A DNA stretch of 64,000 bases from positions 898,314-962,313 of the forward strand of contig NW_018408787.1 in NCBI RefSeq assembly GCF_002113885.1. The letters run 5' to 3'. Each line of letters opens with the position of its first letter. Position 1 is the first letter of the stretch. This stretch comes from Mizuhopecten yessoensis. Taxonomy: Eukaryota. Positions 1 through 12,900 of the stretch are shown here, piece by piece. A program made the position numbers and the translations under genes. The notes under the pieces were generated by a model. That model was not told the DNA's origin. It saw nothing but the letters and a program-made list of their open reading frames with translations, and made no database searches.

Positions 1-637
1 AGTAAACACCACAGACATACCACGGGGATCAACAATGTTATACTGTAGTACGTATACAATAAACACCACAGACATACCACAACAATGTTATACTGTAGCA
101 TGTATTCAGTAAACACCACGGACATACCACAACAATGTTATACTGTAGCATGTATTCAGTAAACACCACAGACATACCACGGGGATCAACAATGTTATAA
201 TGTAGCATGTATTCATTAAACACCCTGACATACCACGGGGATCAACAATGTTATACTGTAGTATGTATTCAATAAACACCACGGACATACCACGGGGATC
301 AACAATGTTATAATGTAGCATGTATTCAATAAACACCACAGACATACCACGGGGATCAACAATGTTATACTGTAGTATGTATTCAGTAAACACCACAGAC
401 ATACCACAACAATGTTATACTGTAGTACGTATACAGTAAACACCACAGATATACCACGGGGATCAACAATGTTATACTGTAGCATGTATTCAATAAACAC
501 CACAGACCTACCACGATGATCAACAATGTTATACTGTAGCATGTATTCAAAAAACACCACAGACTTACCACGGGGATCAACAATGTTATACTGTAGCATG
601 TATTCAAAAAAACACCACAGACATACCACGGGGATCA
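1..637. repeat. Tandem array, 57-bp unit with a 50-bp variant lacking GGGGATC; about 11 copies, truncated by the window start
   Basis: Unit AAACACCACAGACATACCACGGGGATCAACAATGTTATACTGTAGCATGTATTCAGT read directly; the overlapping repetitive ORFs 38-720 are by-products. Confidence 0.95.
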
Positions 638-1197
638 GCGGGCACGTTCTGGATATTTTAGTCTGGAATATCAATATGGTATGCAAGAAAATATCACAAT
701 GTCAGAAGATATGTAAATAATTGCAAAATATGTTGTTTTGGAGTTTGTACAATAAAGAGCGCATTGGCGGGAAAAGAAAGTTCAAGTAATTGAGATCTTA
801 TCGAATTATGCGTTTGAAAAAGACAGTCCTCTTATCAAAAATATTTTCAGACTTAAGTATTTCGGATGTATTTAGTTTCTCTATGTTATGTAAAAGTCAA
901 TTGGTGACATGATAGTTAGCAGATTGACACGCACATATTGCTGCCTGGAGTTACCTTGTGTTAATCAGGTGTTGCAGGTGACGGGGGAAAAACGTTATTT
1001 TTTATAGTTACTGAAATTCAGCTAAGGGTGAAGAAACGTGTAAGTAGATTAAAAATTAATCATTTGAATAGTAATGGAAACTTATATTGCGTTCATGCTT
1101 TATGTACATTTTGCATTATCAAGATCGACTTCTTGCCTTCACCTGTGTGTGTGTGTTACGTACATCTTTGATAAACTAGTAAGTGTCGCTGTAAAGT

Positions 1198-1818
1198 AAA
1201 TTTATGTATCTGTGTTGTTTATATGATTAAATATACCGCATCGTCTATCTATCATTGCCGTTTAATTTATGTATCTGTGTTGTTTATAGGATTAAATATA
1301 CCGCATCGTCTATCTATAATTACCGATTAATTCATGTATCTGTGTTGTTTATATGATTAAATGTACCGCATCGTATACCTATAATTGCCGTTTAATTCAT
1401 GTATCTGTGTTGTTTATATGATTAAATGTACCGCATCGTATATCTATAATTGCCGTTTAATTCATGTATCTGTGTTGTTTATATGATTAAATATACCGCA
1501 ACGTATATCTATCATTGCCGTTTAATTTATGTAATTGTGTTGTTTATAGGATTAAATATACCGCATCGTCTATCTATCATTGCCGTTAAATTTATGTATC
1601 TGTGTTGTTTATAGGATTAAATATACATCATCGTCTATCTATCATTGCCGTTTAATTTATGTTTAAAGCATCGTCTATCTATTATTGCCGTTTAATTTAT
1701 GTGTCTGTGTTGTTTATATGATTAAATATACCGCATCATCTATCTATCATTGCCGTTTAATTTATGTATAAAGCATCGTCTATCTATCATTGCCGTTTAA
1801 TTTATGTATCTGTGTTTT
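1198..1818. repeat. Tandem array, 65-bp unit, about 9 copies
   Basis: Unit TTTATGTATCTGTGTTGTTTATATGATTAAATATACCGCATCGTCTATCTATCATTGCCGTTTAA, with two internally deleted copies near 1660 and 1765. Confidence 0.95.
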
Positions 1819-2208
1819 TTATCACTTATTCGATAATTTACTTAATCAATCCAGTCAATAATCCTACACTGACAATTCCGTACCGTACCCAACAAGAGGA
1901 ACATTACGTAAGATTTCTTGGCACTGCTCCACCATATGGATATACTGTCTGTGCTGATTCTAAGGGAATATTGTGTAGACCAGGATACGCCCCTCCAATG
2001 ACACGTAAGCGTTGTTATGGTCACTGACATAGCAACAGTCCAACGGAATACAATGTTACGTTTGAAGTCCAGATGGAAAATCTAGATAAACCAGCGGGAG
2101 TCCGCCATGTTCCAACCAGACTGAATTACGAACATTACATGATCGAGAGTTCTATCGTCCCAGTAGACCTTTGACAACAAGCAAGCATACGTCCTAAAAT
2201 TATTGACG

Positions 2209-3832
2209 TTGTCTGTGTTGTTTATCTGATTGTATATAACATTTATTGTCTGTGTTGTTTATCTTATTGTATAAAACATTTATTGTCTGTGTTGTTTGTC
2301 TTATTGTATAAAACATTTCTTATCTGTGTTATTTATCTTATTGTATAACACATTTATTATCTGTGTTATTTATCTTATTGTATAAAAAAATATTATCTGT
2401 GTTATTTATCTTATTGTATACAATATTTATTGTCTCTGTTATTTATCTTATTGTATAAAACATTTAGTATCTGTGTTATTTATCTTATTGTATAAAACAT
2501 TTATTGTCTGTGTTGTTTATCTTATTGTATAAAACATTTATTGTCTGTGTTGTTTGTCTTATTGTATAAAATATTTATTGTCGGTGTTATTTATCTTATT
2601 GCATAAAACATTTATTATCTGTTTTATTTATCTTATTATATAAAATATTTATAATCTGTGTTGTTTATCTTATTGTATAAAACAATTAATATCTGTGTTA
2701 TTTATCTTATTGTATAAAACATTTAATATCTGTGTTGTTTGTTTTATTGTATAAAACATTTAATATCTGTGTTGTTTATCTTATTGTATATAACATTTAT
2801 TGTCTGTGTTGTTTATCTTATTGTATAAAACATTTATTGTCTGTGTTGTTTGTCTTATTGTATAACACAATTATTATCTGTGTTATTTATCTTATTGTAT
2901 AACACATTTATTATCTGTGTTATTTATCTTATTGTATAAAACATTTATTATCTGTGTTATTTATCTTATTGTATAAAACATTTAATATCTGTGTTGTTTG
3001 TCTTATTGTATAAAACATTTATTGTCTGTGTTGTTTGTCTTATTGTATCAAACATTTATTGTCGGTGTTATTTATCTTATTGTATAAAACATTTATTATC
3101 TGTGTTATTTATCTTATTGTATAAAATATATATAATCTGTGTTGTTTATCTTATTGTATAAAACAATTAATATCTGTGTTGTTTATCTTATTGTATCAAA
3201 CAATTAATATCTGTGTTGTTTATCTTATGGTATATAACATTTAATATCTGTGTTGTTTATCTTATTGTATACAACAATTAATATCTGTGTTGTTTATCTT
3301 ATTGTATAAAACATTTGATATCTGTGTTGTTTATCTTATTGTATAAAACATTTATTGTCTGTGTTGTTTATCTGATTGTATAAAACATTTAATATCTGTG
3401 TTGTTTATCTGATTGTATAAAACATTAAATGTCTGTGTTGTTTATCTGATTGTATAAAACATTTAATATCTGTGTTGTTTATCTTATTGTATATAACATG
3501 TATTATTTGTGTTGTTTGCCTTATAGTATACAACATTTAATATCAGTGTTGTTTATTTTATTGTATCAAACAATTAATATCTGTGTTGTTTATCTTATTG
3601 TATAAAACAATTAATATCTGTGTTGTTTATCTTATTGTATCAAACAATTAATAAAACAATTAATATCTGTGTTGTTTATCTTATTGTATAAAACATTTAA
3701 TATCGGTGTTGTTTATCTTATTGTATAAAACATTTATTGTCTGTGTTGTTTATCTGATTGCATAAAACATTTAATATCTGTGTTGTTTATCTTATTGTAT
3801 ATAACATTTATTATCTGTGTTGTATATCTTAT
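2209..3832. repeat. AT-rich tandem array, 37-bp unit, about 43 copies
   Basis: Unit TCTGTGTTGTTTATCTTATTGTATAAAACATTTATTG/A repeated head to tail. Confidence 0.95.
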
Positions 3833-6066
3833 CTTGTGTGGAAATATTTCTAGTGTATTTTGAACAGTTTCGGGATATTTTGCTATGTTTCATTCATAGA
3901 AGGATTTAAAATGAGAGAATGGAGAACTTTCGTCACTAAATTTGGTCAAAGTTACATTGAGAGACATTTAACGTGTAAAAGAATGACGCACGCCGGGTAG
4001 TATAATCGAGTCCTAAACACTACAGTCGGGGTATATAGATGTATATATAGATGTATATATACGGGTAACATGACCCTGTGTGAGGAAGCTCTCTCGTCCG
4101 TGTATTAAATCATATATCACCAGACAGATGCGGCGTTGATCTGACAGACTATTTACCTAGCCGCGGTGTATAGTGATATTGTATAGACATTCCTAATTGC
4201 TATTTAAACATCCCGACCCCCACACAAACGTGGATAATTCTCGTTATCAACAACAGCACAGCACTAACTAGCTACTTTATTACTCTACATACTACAGAAA
4301 GTATTTCAAAATTACGTCACGATGCATTATATAGCAGCAGAAGTTAAATATAGCAAATGTTGTACAAATCCTTTTGATATTTCAAAATAGATACAGCTCT
4401 GTTTTAATCAAATACGTAAATTAAAATGTATTAGCTCACACCTCTTTCTACAGAGCTTGCGTGTATATTGTGTTGTTTAAGTCGATGCTATGTGTTTTCA
4501 TCCGTGGAGCTTTTACTGACAAATTAAAGAAATAATCATTGAATACCCCTGCCCTTTTTTCCCCAATACCCTACACGCCACCTATCATGACGATATTCGC
4601 GTTTACCCCCAACTATGACATGCCAGCATTTTTTCAAGGAGTAGTGCCAATTTTGTACGCCATAAGATTATAAAAGATAGCTTCTTTAACCAATGAGATA
4701 GGTCCTACTGTATACTTATTCGACATGTTATAAGTAAGATATTGTTTTATTCTATGTTTGAAATTTCTCGCAATCACATTGGCCGGATCCTTTACAAGTG
4801 ACCAGTCCTGAAAAACTCATGTAGACTGATAATCAAAAACGAGATTCTCGCGAGACTGACTTGCAATTATTATATACTGATTGCTTCCTTCCGACCAAAA
4901 AATAATTCATAAACAGTTACACTAACATAAACCAGTACAGTGTTTGTCTACCAATACACCCAGACTGGCTAGCTTATAAGAAATAAATCTAAAACTCTTA
5001 AACAAACCAGAATAAAAAATATATTTAGATATGAAAAAACACTATATGCATTGCTTGCGACTTGCGCTACCCGATCCCTCTCCTCGTTCCTTTATAAGTT
5101 TGCATTATCTAACAGCGTTCAATGTTACAGGACAGAAGAGGTACTAATGAGCCGATGAGAGCTATCTTAGAATCTCCGGAGAACTGTGTTATATGAATCA
5201 AACTAACCTCCCCCTGTGACCCCCCACCCAGACCCTCCCTCGCCTTCCGTTTATGCTGTGCTTACATAATGGCGCGAATTTATTACTGCACAGTTCCATC
5301 CCTCCCGGTGATACACGTTTAACTAGATAAGTACTGCCCTGCTGTGAGCGGCTTCGATTTCTAGCCGGATCTGGACCCCGTTTCCTAGTCGGTATATTAC
5401 TTACTCCCCCAGCGACACACCTCCCATTTCAGCGTTACCTGGACAGTTCGCCACACGGCCGCGTGTAACGTACCAGTAGTGTAGGTAAGTGTTTTATTTC
5501 TTTTTCAATATTTGAATAATCTTAGTTTATATTTAAGAAATCGTTAATTGTCTTCGTTTTTGCAGGTCATTTGATACGTGTACAATCCAAGCCAACTAAA
5601 TTAGAGTTGGTATTTGCAGTAAAGCAAGCTTGTTTCATCATAAGTCATTACATGCTTATTAGTTTCTCTTGCTACTTTCACTCTCTAACACTGCCTTGCA
5701 TATGTACTGTGTAGTCCATCAAATGAAAACCACGTCACTACTATTTAGATGTCTTAAAACACAGATTTATAAATTATCTTTGTGATGCTTGCATTTGGTG
5801 TAAATCAAACATTGTGTCGTGCTTGACGGTAACTTCATTGATATATATCATGTAGCTAATAATTTACTCGCTATTGAAAGTAGAAACTGTTTTTTCTTAA
5901 ATATTGAAATCTATTAAGATTTATCTTAGATGGGACTGACTATTGCATTAAAATAGTTTTAAATAGTAAATATTGCTAATATCATTAAATTGGAACTTAA
6001 ATGTCAAGTTAAACGATAATAGAAGAAATACCATTAACACCAGAATATAATGGATTAGATTATAGA

Positions 6067-6420
6067 TTTTTTTTTTTTTTTTTTTTTTTTACATATTTTT
6101 ACAATAAAACATGCTTAAATTTAAAGCATAAGCCGTTATAATGTTCACAACAACCTCGTTTACAAAACCTCTCTCGGTCAGGTCCTGGGAAGCCTGTAGG
6201 AGAATATATCATTTTGTCGGGAGATTGATTGTAAGTTTACAGACCTACAGGGTATATTGGTTGAGCAGTGAGGTTTGGCGGGAGGAGTTCAGATACGCCT
6301 CAGAACAGACTACAGCATCAGTCCAATCTCTCAAGATTTTACGTTTTTTCCCCTCTAAGCGCATTTCTATATATAAAGGTTATTCATTGACATACACGCT
6401 ATATCACGTCTAGAATAGCG
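6067..6420 (-). mobile_element. Possible 3' end of a retroposed sequence with a poly(A) tail
   Basis: T run at 6067-6090 (poly-A on the minus strand) abutting a less AT-rich unique segment; no diagnostic protein motif recognised. Confidence 0.3.
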
Positions 6421-8229
6421 TCTTCGTGTAGTATTGTACATCTAGGTTCTAAAATTAGTTGGATTTTCTGGGAAAAAAATCCCGACCTTTCAGATTGATC
6501 GCAAGAAACCTAACGTGAAGAGTCTGCGGCAATCTTTGCTGAAAGGAAAAGAAATGTGATTTGTCTGTAAAAGTGACATATGGGATAAGTTTTGTTTTGT
6601 GAAATGGAAGTACAAGTGCTGTAGTGATATTTAATGATATTTTTTTTCCATGTGAATGTCAAAACTGAGTTGTTGAACAAATATAATTGAAACCACATTT
6701 TAGATTCGTTCGAAAAATATAAACAGATAATTGAATTGAGAAAGAAATGAAGTCCAGGCACCATTCCCAGATAAAATCCGTTTGTTTGAAGAGTCCTTAA
6801 GGAAGTGGCATTGAAATATTTATTGCGCAACAGAAAATATACTCCATGTTCACTAATTCGTTTTACCGGTCTAGAAAACCTGTCCAATTCACAGAGCACT
6901 TTGTAGAAAGAAATAGAGCAGAGAGCTTTTGAGCCAAGAAAAATACTCTTGAAATAAGAAGTGCCACAATACGACACTAAACGGTAATTGAACGTCACTG
7001 TCCGGACTACGTGCGCAGAAACACTAACCTCTTACACCTGACTGAATTATGATGAAAATGGCCAAGTTCGAATTATGAAGTTTATTAATAAGCGCGATTT
7101 GAATCTAGGGATTAAATATGAATGTTTCCAACAGATACAATAATCTAATGATAATTAAAAAGTTTAGTATGTTCAGACACTACACGTTCAAAGACACTGC
7201 CTTCTCAAATCACCTGAGCTACTCCGCAATTATGACAAAACAAAAAAAAACCATCACTTTTTCCCCTGACACGCGTATTAACTTTTGTTTTGAACAAACA
7301 TCAAAGTTTCAGCTGTAAGCATACGCTAACGTTGCCGGAACTAGAGGCAATTTCCGAGTTTTTTTATCTTCACAAGAGGAACAAGAGCAATATGGGACAC
7401 GCCTCGGTCTTGAAGCTGAAAATCATTTGAAATAACGATTTTTTGAGTTAAAAAACCAAAGGTTTCGGCTCGTTTAAGTAACTCTCCTGCATATCTTCCT
7501 CGTGATGATTGTAAATACAGATGAACAAAAGAGAAAATTTGAACATTCCCTGACAAACTTGTCTGCATGGCCTTGTCTGCCACTCAGCTGTTACACTGGG
7601 TATAACAGACAAAAGCTAGTTTGATTTATGCATTGACCGATTGAAACAACCGGTGATGCACGCGATGACAGTGCGAAAAACGCAAAGTATTGCAGGGAGA
7701 TAAAAAAACGCGAATTCAGCTGTCTGTTCGTGAATGCGTTTTCCGTTTTAGTGACGTGATGAGATGTCAGTGTACCTCGTGTTCTAGGCAGGTGGTCAGT
7801 GATGAAATCGACGATAAGGAGAGTCAATGACCGTATTGTCAATAAAATGCGGTACTACTTTGCTCATCATCACTAACTACGGTATAAGCGCTTAACCACA
7901 GAGCAATGTTGGCAGGTCTACCACGACCTGGGAAAGGTTGGTGAGAGACGGGTCGGAGATAGGAGAGGGCGATATGTAAAGTGGAGGAACGGATTTACTG
8001 GGTAGGACCGGATAGAGCAGCTTTAGTTTCCTCTGTCTCTAAATCTTCTAGTATCATTATTTTTGTCCAGAAAATCAAATACCAAACACGGGGAAATGGT
8101 TAGTGGGGGGAACTTTGTCTGGTCGGTTTCATACAAAGTTAAGCCCACAGGTGTATCATCTAGAATTCGGTAGAGTCGGGTAGATCCTTATCTTCCAGGA
8201 CTCGGATCAGTCAAACTGGTACTTGGCCC

Positions 8230-8605
8230 TTATAATTATATAAGATATCTTATATATCTAATATACTTAATAAGATATCTTACATACTTTTCTTTATAGG
8301 ATATCTTATATATTATATAAGATATCTCAAAGATATTTCATAAAAGATATAAGATATCTTATATATTATATAAGATATATCATAAAAGATATATAAGATA
8401 TCTCATAAAAGATATAAGATATGTCATAAAAGATATAAGATATATTATAAAAAAAGAGATATCTAATCTATTATATAAAATATCTTATATCTTTTATAAG
8501 ATATCTTACATAATGTATAAGATATCTTATAAACAAAATTAAATGAGATATCTTATATAATTCGGTTATAAGATATCTTATAAAGAACGACATTTGAATT
8601 TGAGA
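8230..8605. repeat. Array of the palindrome TATAAGATATCTTATA; inverted partial copy of the interior of the 8727-9192 element
   Basis: The reverse complement of ~8289-8330 matches ~8950-8990 (TGAGATATCTTATATAATATATAA.ATATC.TATAAAGAAA). Confidence 0.8.
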
Positions 8606-8726
8606 TAATAAACCCTCCCCAACAGCGCTCGGAGCCTATCGATAACCGAGGGTGTCCGAGAGGATTTGATCGATACTGGCAGCCGATGTCAATGGGGCCA
8701 GTTATCAAATTGAAACTACATATAAT

Positions 8727-9192
8727 TATGGCAAGCCAAGTTGTCATTTATTCATGGAGCGATGTTGATCCAGTACTTAACTAAATTATCGCCAACGAAA
8801 ACGGATGTGACCTTTCAACGGGAGCAGTCATTTTCAAACATTTCTTCTTTGTCCGTGTCTCGAGAGTCTCGTTCAAATTTTCTTTATAAGATATCTCATA
8901 TATTTTGTAAGATATCTTTTATATTGTATAAGATATCTTATATCTTTCATGAGATATCTTATATAATATATAATATATCTTATAAAGAAAATTATAAAAG
9001 ATATAAGATATCTCATTAACTTTAAATAAGATATCTTATATTTTTATAAGATAATTTTTATGTTTATAAGATATCTTATATGTTTATAAATTGTCTTATA
9101 TAATTTAAAAGATATTTTATATAATATATAAGATATCTTATATAATTTGAACAACATTGCTCCATGAATAAATGACAACTGGGCTTGCCATA
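8727..9192. mobile_element. MITE with ~42-bp terminal inverted repeats, TA-flanked, with an internal palindrome array
   Basis: Left TA-TGGCAAGCCAAGTTGTCATTTATTCATGGAGCGATGTTG; right CAACATTGCTCCATGAATAAATGACAACTGGGCTTGCCA-TA. Confidence 0.85.
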
Positions 9193-9295
9193 GGCTCATA
9201 CATATTTTTGTCCTTTCTCAAGGACTATTTTATGTTTTAAATAATTTGAAATATATTTTCCTCCAACTACATACCAAATCAAGAACAAACATTAT

Positions 9296-9620
9296 ATAAA
9301 TATCACATTCATGAGAGGGCGATATTGCATATTTTCACCCCAAGGAAGCATTGTTGACCGAGGCGAAGTCGAGGTCAACAATGCTTTCCGAGGGGTGAAA
9401 ATATGCAATATCGCCCTCTCATGAATGTGATATTTATTTAATTATACCGAGTGTCATGTTTAGGTGTTTCACCACCTCACCATTTTTTAAGGTCCTTGTG
9501 TTGATTTGACCTAAACCAAGACTTCATCTCAACAGTTGTCGTTTGGCGCATGTGAGATTGAAAATGTTCACATCTTTCTCAACCAATCAGATTACGAGAT
9601 TTTAACAGAAGGTATAATAA
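9296..9620. mobile_element. Palindromic non-autonomous repeat: 142-bp hairpin (9296-9437) plus a tail bounded by TTATACC...GGTATAA
   Basis: Arms ATAAATATCACATTCATGAGAGGGCGATATTGCATATTTTCACCCC and its exact reverse complement, around a central CCGAGGCGAAGTCGAGG. Confidence 0.75.
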
Positions 9621-9976
9621 ATATATATATATATCACAAAATAAATAGATTGAATTGATTTTGAAAAAGATGACATTATTTAATGGAAGCGACGAAACAT
9701 GCCGTATATAGTTCATTGTATTGTTATTATAATCCTTTGGGAGAGGAGATTGGGTGAGTAAGGGGTGCCGAAACCCGCCACTCCCTCCACCCTCACTAAC
9801 ATATGAAATGTGGGGTTATATAGTTCTCGAACATCATGCTGTTCATTGATCAAACTTACATAAAATTACACAAATCCCATTGATGATAAATCTGATCCCT
9901 ACCTCACCGTATCTGATACAAAGAAAGTATATAATTAGTCAATAGTGCGATTGATTTCTAGTGTAAACAGTGAAAC

Positions 9977-12900
9977 TGACCACTCCCCTGTGTCCAGGAC
10001 CATATTACCACTCTCCTGTGTCCAGGACCATATGACCACTCTCTGTGTCAAGAACCATATGATCACTCCCTGTGTCCAGGACCATATGACCACTCTATGT
10101 GTCCAGGACCATATGACCACTCTCTGTGTCCAGGACCATAGATCACTCCCTGTGTCCAGGACCATATGATCACTCCCTGTGTCCAGGACCATATGATCAC
10201 TCCCTGTGTCCAGGACCATATAATCACTCCCTGTGTCGAGGACCATATAATGTCCAGGACCATATGATCACTCCGATCACTCCCTGTGTCCAGGACCATA
10301 TGACCACTCTATGTGTCCAGGACCATATGACCACTCTCTGTGTCCAGGACCATAGATCATTCCCTGTGTCCAGGACCATGATTATGCTCACTCCCTGTGT
10401 CCAGGACCATATGCTCACTATCATGTGTCCAGGACCATATGGCCACTCCCTGTGTCCGGGACCATATGATCACTCCCTGTGTCCAGGACCATATGACCAC
10501 TCCCTGTGTCCAGGACCATATGACAACTCTCTGTGTCCTGGACCATATGACCACTCTCTGTGTCCAGGACCATATATCACTCCCTGTGTCCAGGACCATA
10601 TGATCACTCCCTGTGTCCAGGACCATATGATCACTCTCCTGTGTCCAGGACCATATGACCACTCTCTGTGTCCAGGACCATATAATCACTCCCTGTGTCC
10701 ATGTCCATATGACCACTATCCTGTGTCCAGGACCATATGGTCATTCCCTGTGTCCGGGACCATATGATCACTCCCTGTGTCCAGGACCATATGACAACCC
10801 CCTGTGTCCAGGACCATATGATCACTCCTTGTGTCCAGGACCATATGACCACTCTCTGTGTCCAGGACCATATTACCACTCTCCTGTGTCCAGGACCATA
10901 TGATCACTCCCTGTGTCCAGGACCATATGATCACTCCCTGTGTCCAGGACCATATGACCACTCTCTGTGTCCAGGACCATATTACCACTCTCCTGTGTCC
11001 AGGACCATATGATCACTCCCTGTGTCCAGGACCATATGATCACTCCCTGTGTCCAGGACCATATGACTACTCCCTGTGTCCAGGACCATATGACAACTCT
11101 CTGTGTCCAGGACCATATGACAACTCTCTGTGTCCAGGACCATATAATCACTCCCTGTGTCCAGGACCATAGATCACTCCCTGTGTCCAGGACCATATGA
11201 CCACTCTCTGTGTCCAGGACCATAGATCATTCCCTGTCTCCAGTACCATATGATCACTCTCCTGTGTCCATGACCATATGATCACTATCCTGTGTCCAGG
11301 ACCATATGGTCATTCCCTGTGTCCGGGACCATATGATCACTCCCTGTGTCCAGGACCATATGACCACTCTCCTGTGTCCAGGACCATATTACCACTCTCC
11401 TGTGTCCAGGACCATATGATCACTCCCTGTGTCCAGGACCATATGACCACTCTCCTGTGTCCAGGACCATATTACCACTCTCCTGTGTGCGGTTCCATAT
11501 GACCACTCTCTGTGTCCAGGACCATATGACCACTCTCTGTGTCCAGGACCATATGATCCCTCTCCTGTGTTCAGGACCATATGATCACTCACTGTGTCCA
11601 GGACCATATGATCACTCCATGTGTCCAGGACCATATGACCACTCTCTGTGTCCATGACCATATGATCACTATCCTGTGTCCAGGACCATATGGTCACTCC
11701 CTGTGTCCGGGACCATATGATCACTCCCTGTTTCCAGGACCATAAGACAACCCCCTGTGTCCAGGACCATATGACCACTCTTTGTGTCCAGGACCATATT
11801 ACCACTCTCCTGTGTCCAGGCCCATATGATCACTCCCTGTGTCCAGGACCATATAACCACTCTCTGTGTCCAGGACCATATGACCTCTCTCCTGTGTCCA
11901 GGACCATATGACCACTCCCCTGTGTCCAGGACCTATGACCACTCTCTGTGTCCAGGACCATATGACCTCTCTCCTGTGTCCAGGACCATATGACCACTCC
12001 CCTGTGTCCAGGACCTATGACCACTCTCTGTGTCCAGGACCATATGACCCCTCTCCTGTGTCCAGGACCAAATGACCACTCTCTGTGTCAAGGACCATAT
12101 GACCACTCCCTGTGTCCGGTACCATATGATCATTCCTGTGTCCAGGACCATATGACCACTCTATGTGTCCAGGACCATATGATCACTCTCCTGTGTCCAA
12201 GACCATATAACCACTCTCTGTGTCCAGGACCATATGACCACTCCCCTGTGTCCAGGACCTATGACCACTCTCTGTGTCCAGGACCATATGACCCCTCTCC
12301 TGTGTCCAGGACCAAATGACCACTCTCTGTGTCAAGGACCATATGACCACTCCCTGTGTCCGGTACCATATGATCATTCCTGTGGCCAGGACCATATGAC
12401 CACTCTCTGTGTCCAGGACCCTATAATCCATATGACCACTCTCTGTGTCCAGGACCATATTACCACTCTCCTGTGTCCAGGCCCATATGATCACTCCCTG
12501 TGTCCAGGACCATATGATCACTCCACGGTACCATATGATCATTCCTGTGTCCAGGACCATATGACCACTCTATGTGTCCAGGACCATATGATCACTCTCC
12601 TGTGTCCAAGACCATATAACCACTCTCTGTGTCCAGGACCATATGACCTCTCTCCTGTGTCCAGGACCATATGACCACTCCCCTGTGTCCAGGACCTATG
12701 ACCACTCTCTGTGTCCAGGACCATATGACCACTCTCTGTGTCCATGACCATATGATCACTATCCTGTGTCCAGGACCATATGGTCACTCCCTGTGTCCGG
12801 GACCATATGATCACTCCCTGTTTCCAGGACCATATGACAACCCCCTGTGTCCAGGACCATATGACCACTCTTTGTGTCCAGGACCATATTACCACTCTCC

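Noticed and set aside
7900-8228. GC-richer segment possibly continuing an L1-like element on the minus strand
   Set aside because: Only a vague AKYQ-like match and many stops; cannot be supported
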